A DNA stretch of 64,000 nucleotides from the human T2T-CHM13v2.0 reference genome, Homo sapiens. A program made the position numbers and the translations under genes. The notes beneath the pieces are model-generated. The model was not told the origin of the DNA, did no database searches, and saw nothing but the letters and a program-made list of their open reading frames with translations. The DNA is taken from assembly GCF_009914755.1 (NCBI RefSeq), contig NC_060947.1. One strand, written 5' to 3'. This document shows, piece after piece, positions 1-16,834 of this stretch; positions within the stretch are counted from its first letter, which is position 1, and every line of letters begins with the position of its first letter.

Positions 1-1469
1 TCACAACTGAGAAGGCTCTCTCCACATTCTTGGAACTGTATACCCATTGGAACCCTTAAGGTAAAACTAATCAAGGAAGTTTCTCCTCAGAAGAAGATGA
101 CATCCCTGATGTGAACAGCTTTTCCCAAGATGTTAGATCAAGACTTCTCTACTGTCATGAAACTCTTATCTTTAAATATTTTTCCTTGCTTATGCCTCTA
201 TGAACAACAGAAGTGAAAAGGGGGTCTGTTATTTACACTTATTGGGTATACTTTTATTTGAGAAGGATTTTACAGATAGCTTTATACATTGATAACTTTA
301 TTCTTTGATAGATAAAAGAAGAAGGCCCAAAGTAGATGAGAAACTTTAATGTTACATACGCTGCCTTGTAATCAATCAGAAACAGAACACTAGTTCACTC
401 CTTTTAACCCACATCATGGGTTAAATTGAACATTGCCAGGAAGCATTCATTCTTCTATAAGGGCATCCTTTGTTAGGTCATTTTTCTATGATTTGGAGTA
501 AAACAGGCAATGGTTATAAATGTATCCCTCATGATAGGCTCTATAGCAGATTCTACCTTAAAGGCTATGGTTACACGGCAGACTCTACAGTCTCTTGTGA
601 AAGTTAAGCTAAATAATCGAATTGCTCTAGATTACTTACTGGCTAAATAGCAGTATCTGTGCAGCTACTAGCACTTATGGCCTATGGAGAAAACACTGGG
701 TGTTATAGAGATTCTGTTCTAGGGAATTAATGAAAAGACTGCTTAGTTAAGTGAGTAGACTCTTTATCTAGCTCATTCTTTGATATATTTGAATTCATGT
801 GGTTTGGTTTATGGGGATTCTGGGTTAGCAGCATACTCCATACTCTTGATATTATTATCCGAATAATCATAATAATATTCTCCCTGCTGCATAGTATTCT
901 CTCAAATATTTTAAAAGTTTGCATGCAGCCATGTCTAGAATGTAAAATAATCTCTCTTAAACTGTAATGACAAGAGCTGAAAGAAATGTGCGACCATGTG
1001 GACACTGTAACCTATGAATGACATGCTGAGACGGGAAATCCAAAATAATGGTAACTGAGAGTGGCGCTAAGGCCCTAAGTTTTGTCACACTGTCACTTAA
1101 GTGAGAACTTTACTACAAATAGAGAATTTTTAAAAACAAAATTATGGGAGGTCACTGTTTTGGACTGACCTCACGTACTAGGCACCAACAGACTAAACAA
1201 ACAAACAAAAAAATAGAATCGCTTTTGCTAAATGTAACAAAATCAAATTAAAATTTTAAGGAAACACATAGGTCCTAGAACAGACCAGGCTTTGTTTTTC
1301 TCTTGTAAGAAAACATTCAAGCATAAGGAGGTACCTTTACTCAGTCTTTGTTCCTACTTTTGCAACTCATTGTTTCCCAGCGGATTTCAATACCAATAGT
1401 AATAGTGACATCAATGACTGAAGTTTTGGTCAATCTCTCAAAATTGAGAAGATGACCTAAAGGGGGGAA
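1..1469 (+). mobile_element. ERV1-class (MER57-int-like) internal 3' region with decayed env
   Basis: Env TM immunosuppressive-domain relic LNNRIALDYLLAK at 609-647, then a stop. Polypurine tract AAGGGGGGAA lies directly before the LTR. Confidence 0.8.
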
Positions 1470-1892
1470 TGGTTAAAGCGACTTAAATATGGCCTGAGAA
1501 GGACTCCATACTTCTATATTTCAGTCCCTGTGGGTTATCATCTGTATCCTAATTTAATAGGTAGACAAGATTGAAAACCTAAATTAGGAGTATGTGCTTG
1601 TAACAATAGCTCAGTCTGGCCAATCTCAGCAGCCATACAGTAACCACTTATACACTGCTGAGTGTTCAAATAAGGCAAACACCAACCTGCAACCAACAAC
1701 CCAGCTATTTCTGTACCTCACTTCCAATTTCTGTACGTCACTTCCCTTTTTTTGTCTATAAATTTGTTGACTACGAGGCATCCCTGGAGTCTCTGAATCT
1801 GCTGTGATTCTGGGAGCTGCCTGATTTACAAATCGCTCATTGCTCAAGTAAACTTCTTTAAATTTACTTTGGCTGAAGTTTTTCTTTTAACA
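1470..1892 (+). mobile_element. MER57-family 3' LTR
   Basis: TG...CA ends, starts TGGTTAAAG...AAATATGGCCTGAGAAGGACTCC like the MER57 consensus. Contains CCAAT and TATAAA (~1757). Confidence 0.85.
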
Positions 1893-2109
1893 GACTGCAG
1901 CACAATCTCTAAATTATTGAAAATAAAACCATCTTGGTTTGAGGAAATCCTAGACAACGTCTGGATCTAAAAATAGTTGAAAACATAAACTGTTCTTTTA
2001 ACAAATAGAAAAGACCACCTTTTTAGAGCTACCGGAAGGAAACCTGCTCAAGGAGATAAAAGCTAAATTGTTTTGCAAGGATTAGGGACTGCCATTTAGA
2101 GTGGCATTT

Positions 2110-2670
2110 AAACCATTCTTGATTACTGCAGTCAAGCCAGTTAACATATTCATTATCTCATATAGTCATCTTCTTCTGTGAGGTAAAAGAACATAAAACC
2201 TATTCTTTTTGCAAATTGTCAATATACAGTAGTATTTACTATAGTCCTCATGCTGTATTTTATCTGTGTAGATTTATGCTACATAACTGCAGCTTTACAC
2301 CCTATGATGTGCATCTCCCCATTTTCTCTTTACCTGTAATAACAACAATCCTACTCTCTATTAGATTGTTTTAAAATTCTACATAGAGAAATCAAGTAGC
2401 ATTTTTTTTCTGTGTCTAGCTTATTTAACTTAGCATAATGTCCTCCAGGTTCATCTCTGTTGCCACAAATGGCAGGATCTACCTTTAAAAATGTGAATAA
2501 TATTCAATTGTATGTATAACACAATACCTTTATGCAGTCATAATTCCAGAGACACTAAGGTTGTTTTCATATATTGGCTATTTTGAATAATGCTATAATG
2601 AACATGGGAGCACAGATATTTCTATGAGGTGCTGATTTTATTTCCTTTAGATACATACCCAGAAGAGTGA
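2110..2670 (-). mobile_element. old L1MA/L1MB 3' fragment
   Basis: Antisense L1 3'UTR/ORF2-end motifs (CTTAGCATAATGTCCTCCAGGTTCATC, ATACCCAGAAGAGTGATTG). Confidence 0.75.
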
Positions 2671-2716
2671 TTGGTAGGTAGATGGATAGGTAGATAGATA
2701 GATAGATAGACAGACA
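2671..2716. repeat. (GATA/GGTA/GACA)n microsatellite
   Basis: Directly visible tetranucleotide run. Confidence 0.85.
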
Positions 2717-2799
2717 TACTTAATTTTGGACTCTGCTGCATTCTATTAATTTATGTGCCTATATCTGTAGAAAAAAACAGTTCTGATAACAATAGTCTT

Positions 2800-3070
2800 T
2801 TTTTCTCAAACAGCTTTATTGATATATAATTTATAATATAAAATTCACCTATTGTAAGTGTCCAAGTCAATGGTTTTTAGTATATTCACAAAGTTGCATG
2901 ACCTTTGCTACAGTCTCATTTTGGAACATTTTCATAACTCTAAAAGTAAACTCTATGATTATTTTATCATCACTAAGAATATTCACCTCCAGCCTGACAA
3001 CAAGTAGTTTACTTTGTGTTTGCATATATTTGTTTGTTTTGAACATTTCATAAAAATTGAATCATGTAAA
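2800..3070 (-). mobile_element. old L1MB/ME 3' terminus
   Basis: CAGCTTTATTGATATATAATT...TATATTCACAAAGTTG is typical of antisense L1M 3' ends. Confidence 0.6.
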
Positions 3071-3290
3071 TAATATAAATAAGAATAAAATAAACCATTC
3101 TTGAATGAGAAACAATTTTTTAATTTGTTATCCTGGCTACATCATAAATACTACTCACACTTAAAAAAGTATAAACAGCCCAGCTTCCAAGATGGCCAAA
3201 TAGGAACCAATCAAGTCTACAGCTCCCAGCGAGATCAATGCAGAAGATCTGTGCAAGGTGATTTCTGCATTTCCAAGTGAGGTACCTGAT

Positions 3291-3623
3291 TCATCTCATT
3301 GGGACTGGTTGGGAAGTGGGTGCAGCCCATGGAGGGCAAGCTGAAGAAGGGTGGGGCATCACCTCACCCAGGAAGTGCAAGGGGTCAGGGGATTTCCCTT
3401 TCCTAGTCAAGGGAAGATGTGAGCAACTGTACCTAGAGGAGTGGTACACTCCTGTCCAAATACTGCTCTTTTCCCATGGTCTTTGCAACAGGCAGACCAG
3501 GAGATTTCCTCCTGTGCCTGGTTTGGCGGGTCCCACGCCCACTGATGCCTGCTTAGTGTTAGTGCAGCAGTCTGAGATCGAACTGGAACGCTGAAGTTTG
3601 GCAGGCGGAGGGGCATTCACCAT
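3291..3623 (-). CDS. L1 antisense ORF0 homologue, open, 110 aa
   Basis: MVNAPPPAKLQRSSSISDCC...SVGVGP..PG aligns with L1HS ORF0 (MAGAPPPASLPPCSLISDCC...SVGVGPSEPG). ATG context is GCAATGG. Expression is not shown. Confidence 0.7.
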   Translation of the reverse strand: MVNAPPPAKLQRSSSISDCCTNTKQASVGVGPAKPGTGGNLLVCLLQRPWEKSSIWTGVYHSSRYSCSHLPLTRKGKSPDPLHFLGEVMPHPSSACPPWAAPTSQPVPMR

Positions 3624-4225
3624 TGCTGAGTCTTGAGTAGGAGGTTCTATGCTCACAGTGTAAACAAAGCAGCAGGGAACCTCGAACTGGGCAGAGCCCA
3701 CTGCATCTCAGCAAGGCTTACTGCCTCTCTAGATTCCACCTCTGGGGGCAGGGCATATCTGAACAAAAGGCAGCAGACAGCTTCTGCAGACTTAAATGTC
3801 CCTGCCTGACAGCTCTGAAGAGAGCAGTGGTTCTCCCAGCATGGCATTAGAGCTCCGATAACGGACAGACTGGCTCCTCAAGTGGGTCCCTGACCCCACT
3901 GTAGCCTGACTGGGAGACACCTCCCAGTAGCAGCCAACAGACACCTCATACAGGTGGGTGCCCCTCTGGGGTGAAGTGTCCAGAGGAAGGATCAGGCAGC
4001 AATATTTGCTGTTCTGCAGCCTCTGCTGGTGATACCCAGGCAAACAGGGTCTGGAGTGGACCTCCAGCAAACTCCAACAGACCTGTAGCTGAGGGGAAGG
4101 TCTGTTAGAAAGAAAACTAACAAACAGAAGGGAATAGCATCAACATCAACAAAAAGGACATCCACACCAAAACTCCATCCGTAGGTCACCAACATCAAAG
4201 ACGAAAGGGAGATAAAACCACAAAG

Positions 4226-5248
4226 ATGGGGAGAAACCAGAGCAGAAAGGCTGAAAATTTCAAAAACCTGAACACCTCTTCTCCTTCAAAGGAACATAAC
4301 TACTCACCAGCAAAGGAACAAAACTGGAAGGGGAATGAGTTTGACGAGTTGTAAGAAGTAGGCTTCAGAAGGTTGGTAATAACAAACTTCTCCAAGCTAA
4401 AGGAGCATGTTCTAACCCATCGCAAGGAAGCTAAAAACATTTAAAAATAAAGATTAGACAAATGGCTAAATAGAATAACCAGCGTAGAGAAGAGCTTAAA
4501 TGACCTGATGGAGCTGAAAACCACAGTATGAGAACTTAGTGAAGCAAACACAAGCTTCAATAGCCGAATAGAACAAGCAGAAGAAAGGATATCAGTGATT
4601 GAAGATCAAATTAATGAAATAAAATGAGAAGACAAGGTTAGAGAAAAAAGAGTGAAATGAACAAAGCCTCCAAGAAATATGGGACTATGTGAAAACACCA
4701 AATTTATGTTTGATAGGTGTACCTGAAAGTGACGAGGAGAACGGAACCAAGTTACAAAACACTCTTGAGGATATTATCTAGGATAACTTCCCCAACCTAA
4801 GAAGGCAGGCCAACATTCAAATTCAGGAAATACAGAGGACACCACAATGATACTCCTTGAGAAAAGCAACCCCAAGACAAATAATTGTCAGATTCACTGA
4901 GGTTGAAATGAAGGAAAAAATGTTAAGGGCAGCCAGAGAGAAAGGTCGGGTTACCCACAAGGGGAGGCTCATCAGACTAACAGTGGATTCCTTGGCAGAA
5001 ACTCCACAAGCCAGAAGAGAGTGGGGGCCAATATTCAACATTCTTAAAGAAAAGAATTTTCAACCCAGAATTTCATATGCAGCCAAACTAAGCTTCATAA
5101 GTGAAGAATAAATAAAATCCTTTACAGACAAGCAAATGCTGAGAGATTTTGTCATCACAGGCCTGCCTTACAAGAGTTCCTGAAGGAAGCACTAAACATG
5201 GAAAGGAAAAACCAGTACCAGTCACTATAAAAACATGCCAAATTGTAA
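4226..5248 (+). pseudogene. L1 ORF1 (disrupted)
   Basis: Starts ATGGGGAGAAAC; fragment TPRQIIVRF...MLRAAREKGRVTHKG; multiple stops and frameshifts. Confidence 0.9.
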
Positions 5249-5311
5249 AGACCATCAATGCTATGAAGAAATTGCATCAATTAATGGGCAAAATAACCAG
5301 TTAGTCTCATA

Positions 5312-9268
<3,957 letters not shown>

Positions 9269-10029
9269 ACAATGAAAACACATGGACACAGGGAGGGGAA
9301 CATCACACACCAGGCCTGTGGGGGGATAGGGGAGGGATAACGTTAGGAGAAATAGGTAATGTAGGTGACGGGTTGATGGGTGCAGCAATCCACCATGGCA
9401 CATGTATACCTATGTAACAAAACTGCCTGTTCTACACATGTAACTCAGAACTTAAAGAATAATAATAAAAAATGTATAAACAGAGTATCATCTCAAAGAC
9501 TGCTTCAATTATTACTGATTTGAAGATTACCTTTTATTTACTAGTATTGATAAATCATTTTCCACTTAAAAGTTCCATTTGCAATTTTGAAATTAATTAT
9601 GAACTGGAAGTATTCTGGAGTTTCATAGTTAAAAACCAGGAGTGAAAACCATAATAATTACTTTGCTGTTTTTGCTCAAGAAAGAAAAGTATTGGCAGTT
9701 GGTCATGATAAGTATATGGGATATTAGTTTGAAAATTTGATTTTAAAATAAATATTTCTAATTTATTGGTATAATTCTGTTTTTACATCTCATCCTTTAT
9801 TTGCATTTTCTGTCAGTCTGATGGTTGCCCTGAGGTTGTTGATCTTAATTTTGCCTCATCTGGCAACCAAATGAAACAGGGATCCTCACAATGTTGCATG
9901 ACGGATAGAAGTGTTTTTCAAAGTTTTGTTTGTTTTTTCTAAAACTCTACTTTTTAGAGAGTTCTGTCTATTAGCACCAGTAAATATGTATCAGAAATTC
10001 TGTAATTTTAAAAAGTTAGTGCTATTTGG

Positions 10030-10250
10030 AAGGCATCATGGCTTATGGGGAAAATCAGTAACCTAGAATATATAGACCTTAGTCTAGTCTGCCTACATTA
10101 CCCTTCTTTTGTGTGGCTTGAGTATGTCTTTTAAAATCTCCGTCTCAATTTTCTAATCTATAAAATGGTAACTTAAAACTTTACCAGTCTACCAATCCAC
10201 TGGGGAGCTGTGAGGATAAAATGACAATTGATGTGAAATATATTCTAAAT
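10030..10250 (+). mobile_element. MIR SINE
   Basis: Core CTCAATTTTCTAATCTATAAAATGG...GTGAGGATAAAATGA. Confidence 0.65.
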
Positions 10251-10860
10251 CACAAAATACTGAAACATGTAAATATTAAAGGAAACCTTACCATTCTTAT
10301 TATTCTTTATATTTAGAACTTTTGAGATTGGCATTTGTGAACACATCTAGTAAAGAACGTGTCATACAGTAAGTCTTAAAAAAGGGTTAGCTAAGTCTGA
10401 ATCTGAACAAGCTCGTGTTTTTGCATTTTATTTTCTGTTTTTCAAATAGAAGCTGGATAAGCTCATGTTTGAGTGTGATTTTGGAAGTGTGAAGTTGAAT
10501 CCACTGAAATAAACTTAGAGAAAATTCAGGCAAATCTAAAATCCTCTGATGTTGAAGTTATTTTGGAGTGCCCAGGGACAAGCTGTTAGGTACTTATGGG
10601 GTATGCCTTAAAGTCGCTTTGGTTCAAAAATTTAGCTATTGCCTTATAACCTACTAAATTTAGTAACTTCTAATTTTTCAGATATTAATTTATTCAAAAA
10701 TATAACAACTATTTCTTGAATATCAACATTTCCGGTGCTGTAGCCAGCAGTGAAGTGATAGTGATGAAAAAAATGTAGTACCTCGGTCAAGTAATTTCAT
10801 ACAGTGAGGAAAAACATGCATGAAAATTTTTACATTATGTCGCAATTCTGTGCTTTAAAG

Positions 10861-11027
10861 CAGTAATTTTCAAACTTTAACTTGATTTAGAATCCCTGGA
10901 GGACTTGTTAATGCACATAGTTTCGAATTTAGCAGGTCTGAAGTGGTGTTTGACAGTGTGAATTTCTAACAAGTTCCCAGGTGATGCTGATGATGCTGAT
11001 ACAAAGATCACATGTTGAGAACTATTT
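10861..11027. mobile_element. MER5A (hAT-Charlie MITE)
   Basis: CAGTAATTTTCAAACT...TTTCTAACAAGTTCCCAGGTGATGCTGATG...TTGAGAACTA. Confidence 0.75.
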
Positions 11028-11754
11028 CTCTAAAAGTTATGTACCTAAGTTAGAAAAAAAAAATGACTTTCTCAACTGAAGGAGCTGCCATCAACTCCGG
11101 CAGCATGAGTGAGATTAAAAGCAGGTTGCGTGGGGATAAGGTAGTCCAATCACAGAAAATACTTACACCAAAGCCTAGGAGAAAGCCTTAATCAACAAAT
11201 ATGTCAGAATGGGTAAAACATAGACTATGAGGGAAGAGGTTTTAATGGCATGAGACAAAGCTAGAAAGTTAGTAAATATCAGATTATTGATGTTCAAGTA
11301 TAACATGCCATGACGTTTTAATTTTATTTGGAGGGCAATGCATCATAAGCAGATAAATGTCATGTGCCAATTTTCATTTGAGAAAGATTACACTAGCGAA
11401 AGGGTGTGAAGCGAATTGAAAGGTGGCTATGTTGATGAGAGGCAGAGCATTGAGAAGGCAAGGTGGTAGAAGACAATGGTTCAATTTAAAAATGGCATTG
11501 GAGACAGAGAAAAAGGCACTCATTTGAAAGACTGTAAAGTGTTTTGGTTTCCTCTTTAGGGGACTGGGAAAAATAAATTCAGTGTTGCCCTCTTCTGTTT
11601 TAATGCTAAATGGAGATTTCCAGTAAGCATTGGGTATAAACACATAAAGTTTTGAAGATAGGTCTTAGTTGTAAATCTATATGGGAAATCAACATATGGC
11701 TAATGATATTATAGAAGCAACAAGAGTGAAGAAAATTACCCCTGGACAGTGTAG

Positions 11755-11930
11755 AGAAGCAGCTCAAAATCTTGATTCCACATTAGATTCACCTGGGGAG
11801 ATTTTATGAAGTATGGATGGCTTAGCTCCATCCAAGATATTCTGACTTAACAGATACTGAGTGAGGCTCCCGACAGCAGTATTTATACAAAACTTTTGAT
11901 GCTAATGTGTAGTCAAAGTTGAAAACTTAG
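11755..11930. mobile_element. MER5-family MITE
   Basis: CACATTAGATTCACCTGGGGAG...GATATTCTGACTTAA...AAGTTGAAAAC. Confidence 0.6.
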
Positions 11931-12317
11931 TGTGGGAAAGGAAGAAAAAGGAATGAAGTGGAGGAGGGAAGAGAAAGGAAGGGAAGGAAAAAAGAAAAAG
12001 AAGAGAAAGGAAGAGAAGACAACAAGATTGATCTAAAACTGAAAGGACCATGGGATCTAGACTGAACATGACCAAAGAAGCACAGGAAGAGATATGATCA
12101 GGCAAGCAGAGTTCAGAGAGAGAAAAATATTTCAATTTGCTACACTGATGGCTTTGACAATGTAGGAAGCTGCCATGAGCCAAGGAATGAAGGTAGATTG
12201 AAGAAAATGAAAAAAGCAAAGAAACAGAATATATGCTAGATCAAGCAGCTGGAACGCAGCCCTGTTAACAATGTGACTTTAAAAAATTAATATACTGGCT
12301 AAGAAATTAAGTAAAGA

Positions 12318-12701
<384 letters not shown>

Positions 12702-13409
12702 TCAGTAATTTTCATTACATGAGAGTTTAAATTATAATTAAAAGAGTGAAGAGATAGGAAGTTTTGATGAGTTTAATGAGAAAGGGGGTATCAGAGCTCA
12801 TATGTGATCAAATTTCAGATAATGGAAAGGTGTGGTGCATGGCCATGTAAAAGCTAAATATATTGTCAGTGGAGATCACTTAAGGTGAAAAAGTAGGAAA
12901 TCAATTGCGCAGAATGATAACATTATCCATATGGGTGTGACACTATTCGGGATGATGACAGTTTTTAAAGCAGAAAGAAATACAATGATGCAGGTGCTAA
13001 GATCTTTAGTAACTGAGAGAGATAGAGCAGGAGTCAATATAAGACAACAAGTAAGAAGAATGGATAACAGTAGACTGAGGTAGAATTTATGGGTTTCTGA
13101 GGAACTTGGGGTTTGGGAAGATAATGAAGGAGTAATGATCTAAAAGCAGCAATAAAAAATGTGGGTAGCTAAATTTTCAACTCTTAAAAAGATGATGTAT
13201 AAAATAATAAGTAGGAATTACCTGCTAAGGCAAGTTGGAGAAAAATTACTCTAGAGGGAAAGTCATGTTGGATGTGAGAAGTGTGAATTCAATGGAGTTA
13301 TTAGAGATAGAAAGTGAAAATAATGTCCCTGGAAAAAAAATACTGCGATATAAACATCTTAACATTAAATAGATTATCAAATAAGTTTTTGGAGGGGAAG
13401 TTTGTTAGG

Positions 13410-14250
13410 GAAGTTTGTTATAGTGAAAAATGTTAGACATACCTAAGTTTGAATCATTTTTTTGCTACCTACTATGTGTGCGACCACACTCCAGTTATAG
13501 ACTTTCTCTGGACCTACATGTAATCACCTTTAACTGGGGGCAATACTGGTATCTACTTTACAAGGTTGTTGAGAGGATTCTATAATTTGATACTCTTAAT
13601 AGTCAACATTTATGGATAACTTTACCATAAGCCAGCAGTTGTACCAAGGTCTTTCCTTCTTAAATTAAATACCATTTAAATTTATAATTGTTTATTTAAA
13701 AATATAATTATATTTTTAATTGGCATAATTTTCTAGGTTTATGGGGTGCAATGTCATGATATTATGCATTTATAATGTGGAATATTAAATCAGTCTAGTT
13801 AACAAATTCATCACCTTACATATATATCATCACATATACTTTTTTCCTGTTTACCTGAATCTTAAGAAATATATATATTACAAATATGATTTTATGTATA
13901 TTCACAAATACACATAATTTCATATATATGATTTTACATATGTTATATATCATATATATGAAATTGCATATATGTTATATCATATATAAAATTCTATGAT
14001 ATATAATTTATAAAATATAAATATATTTTTTATTTACATATAATTTATTTTTATATATTTCATTTATGGTATGTCAAGTACATGAAATTGTATATCATAT
14101 GTATTATATATAACTTATATATATAATTTCATATATATATGAAATCATTACCCTAGTTTTGCAGATGAAGAAACTGTGTCATAAATATGAATATGAATTA
14201 GACACCCAGTGCCTACATTATTAAATGTTCAATAAATAGTAGCTGGCTAT
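13410..14250. repeat. nested MIR fragments, L1M 3' tip and AT-rich low-complexity tract
   Basis: MIR motifs GGTTGTTGAGAGGATT and TTTTGCAGATGAAGAAACTG; (TA)-rich tract ~13815-14145. Confidence 0.6.
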
Positions 14251-14258
14251 TTTTCTAT

Positions 14259-14603
14259 TCAGTCATGAGCCATATAATGGAATTTCATCAATGATAAACT
14301 GCATATAAAGCCATGGTGCAATATGATTATAATGTCATATTTTTTACTGTACTTTTCTATGTTTAGATATGTTTAGATACACCAATACTTACCCTGTGTT
14401 ACAATTGCCTACAGTATTCAGTACAGTAACATGTTGTAGAGATTTGTAGCTCAAGAGCAATAGGCTATACCATATAGGCCATTTTTATAGTGGGCTATAT
14501 CATCTAGGTTTGTGTAAAAACACTCTGATGTTTGCACAATGATGAAATCACCTAATTATGCATTTATTAAAATGCATCCATGTTATTAAGTAATGCGTAG
14601 TTT
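14259..14603. mobile_element. Tigger3a/MER7A DNA transposon
   Basis: CAGTCATG start; TTACAATTGCCTACAGTATTCAGTACAGTAACATG; GAGCAATAGGCTATACCATATAG. Confidence 0.85.
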
Positions 14604-14635
14604 ATTTGTATGTATAAAAGTTATGGGTGTATAAG

Positions 14636-15437
14636 TTTTTTTTATTTAACTTTTAAGTTCGGGGATGCATGTACAGATTTGTTATATAGGTTAACGTGTC
14701 ATGGCGTTTGCTATATAGATTATTTCGTCCCTCAGGTATTAACACTAGTACCCACTGTTTATTTTTCCTGATCCTCTCCCTCCTCCCACCCTCTACCTTC
14801 CAATAGACCCCAGTGTGAGTTGTTCCCCTTTGTGTGTCCATGCGTTCTCATCATTTAGCTCTCACTTGTAAGTGAGAGCATGCAGTATTTAGTTTTCTGT
14901 TCATGCACTGGTTTGAGAAGAATAATGGCCTTCGGCTTGATCCATGTTTCCACAAAGGACGTGATCTCTTTTGTTTTTATGGCTGCATAGTATTCCATGG
15001 TGTATATGTACCATATTTTCTTTATCTAGTTTATTATTGATGGGCATTTATGTTGATTCCATGTCTTTGCCATTGTGAAAAGTGCTGAAATGAACATTCA
15101 CGTGCATGTACCTTTATGGTAGAACAATTTATATTTCTTTGGATCTATACCCAGTAATGGAATTGCTAGATCAAATTGTATTTCTGTTTTTAGGTCTTTG
15201 ATAACAACCACATTTGTCTTTCACATGATTGAACTAATTTACACTCCCATCAACAGTGTATAAGGATTCCCTTTCTTTTTTTTGCAATCTTGCCAGCAAC
15301 TGTTATTTTTTGACTTTTTAGCAATAGCCATTCTGACTGGTGTGAGATGATATCCCATTGTGGTTTTGACTTGCATTTCTCTAATGATCAGCGATGCTGA
15401 GACTTTTTTAGATAATTGCTGCCCACATGTCTGACTT
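14636..15437 (-). mobile_element. 5'-truncated L1PA13-like
   Basis: Poly-T followed by antisense 3'UTR and ORF2 C-terminus ([18 protein letters not shown]). Confidence 0.85.
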
Positions 15438-15649
15438 CTCATAGTTCATTATTGCTGGGGCATGGGTCACAGGATGTAAGGTGTAAGAAAAGACTACTCT
15501 GGACATATTGGTACAACTCTTGGTATGGCATAGCATAATTAGGCAGGAATCTTGTATAATGTAGTTTAACTCTCTCAAATTATAAATCAAATAAGTGGAA
15601 CAAGAAAATTTAAATTACTCACTCACATTCCCAAGACTTGATTAAAATC

Positions 15650-15840
15650 CTTTGGATGCAGCATGCAGAAAACAATGAGATAGAATGCTTAACATTGTGA
15701 ACTCTGGAGTCTTAAAGTTTCTACCATGTTTTGGTTTTGAACTCACAACAATCCATAATTTGACTCAGTTTTCTTAACTGCATAATTGTAATTACAACAA
15801 TTTCTGTATCATTGAGTTGTGGTGAGAATTAAATTAAATA
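15650..15840 (+). mobile_element. MIR SINE
   Basis: CTCAGTTTTCTTAACTGCATAAT...GTTGTGGTGAGAATTAAAT. Confidence 0.6.
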
Positions 15841-16184
15841 CATACCGAGTAGACACCAAAGACTAGCTCTCTCCTGATCTCTAAAAGTATTGAACTTCCA
15901 TGGTCCTGGGGAAGAAAAATATTACACAAGCAAAGAGAATATAGGGGTGAGGCTGAGGGTCCTATGGTAAGTTGTTTACATGTCTGAGCCCTCAGTAGAC
16001 TGTAAGGGTTTGGTAACACATATAAGTAAAATATTTCTTCATGAATAACAAGAGAAATCACTATGCCTTAATGCCAGAAGAAAGCTGGGTGAAGAAATTT
16101 AAATTTTTAAACAAGATTTTATATTTTGGTGAAATACATATAATATTTGCCATTTTAGTCATTTTAGTTTTAAAATTAGTTTTA

Positions 16185-16833
16185 TTTTTCTAATTTTTAA
16201 CTTTTATTTTAGATTAAGGGGGTACTTGTACAGGTTTGTACCCAGGTATATTGTGTCACGCTGAGGTTTGGGGTACATATGATCCCATCACACAGGTACT
16301 GAACAAAATACCCAACAGTTAGTTTGTCAACATTTGCTGCCGTCCCTCCCTTCTTCCTATGGTAGTCCCCAGTTTCCACTGTGGCCATCTTTATGTTCCT
16401 GAGTACCAAATATTTAGCTCCCACTTATACATGAGAAAATGAAATACTTGGTTTTCTATTCCTGCATTAATTCACTTACGATAATGGTCCCCATCTCCAT
16501 TCATGTTGCTGCAAAAACATGACTTCATTTTTTATGGCTGTGTAGTATTCCATGATGATGTATATGTTCCACAGTTTCTTTATACAATCCACCATTAATG
16601 GGCACCTGTGTTGATTTCATGGCTTTGATATTGTAAATAGTGCTGGGATTAACATGCAAGTGCATATGTCTTTTTGGTGGAAAAATTTTTCCTTTGGATA
16701 TATACCCAGTAATGTGATTGCTGAGTCAAGTGGTAGTTCTGTTTTAATTTATTTGAAAAATTTCCAAACTGGTTTTTTACAGTGGCTGAACTAATTTAAA
16801 TTCCAAATGACAGTGTATGAATATTCCCCTTTC
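16185..16833 (-). mobile_element. L1PA16/17-like 3' end
   Basis: GCTGAGGTTTGGGGTAC...GATCCCATCAC 3'UTR signature. Confidence 0.8.
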
Positions 16834-16834
16834 A

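Noticed and set aside
727-1005. 92-aa minus-strand ORF
   Set aside because: Antisense to the decayed ERV env transmembrane region.
9484-10680. Possible host exon in non-repeat sequence (also 15440-16100, 23060-23860, 33870-34256)
   Set aside because: No convincing ORF, splice-site pair or CpG island is visible; small or non-coding exons cannot be excluded without alignment.
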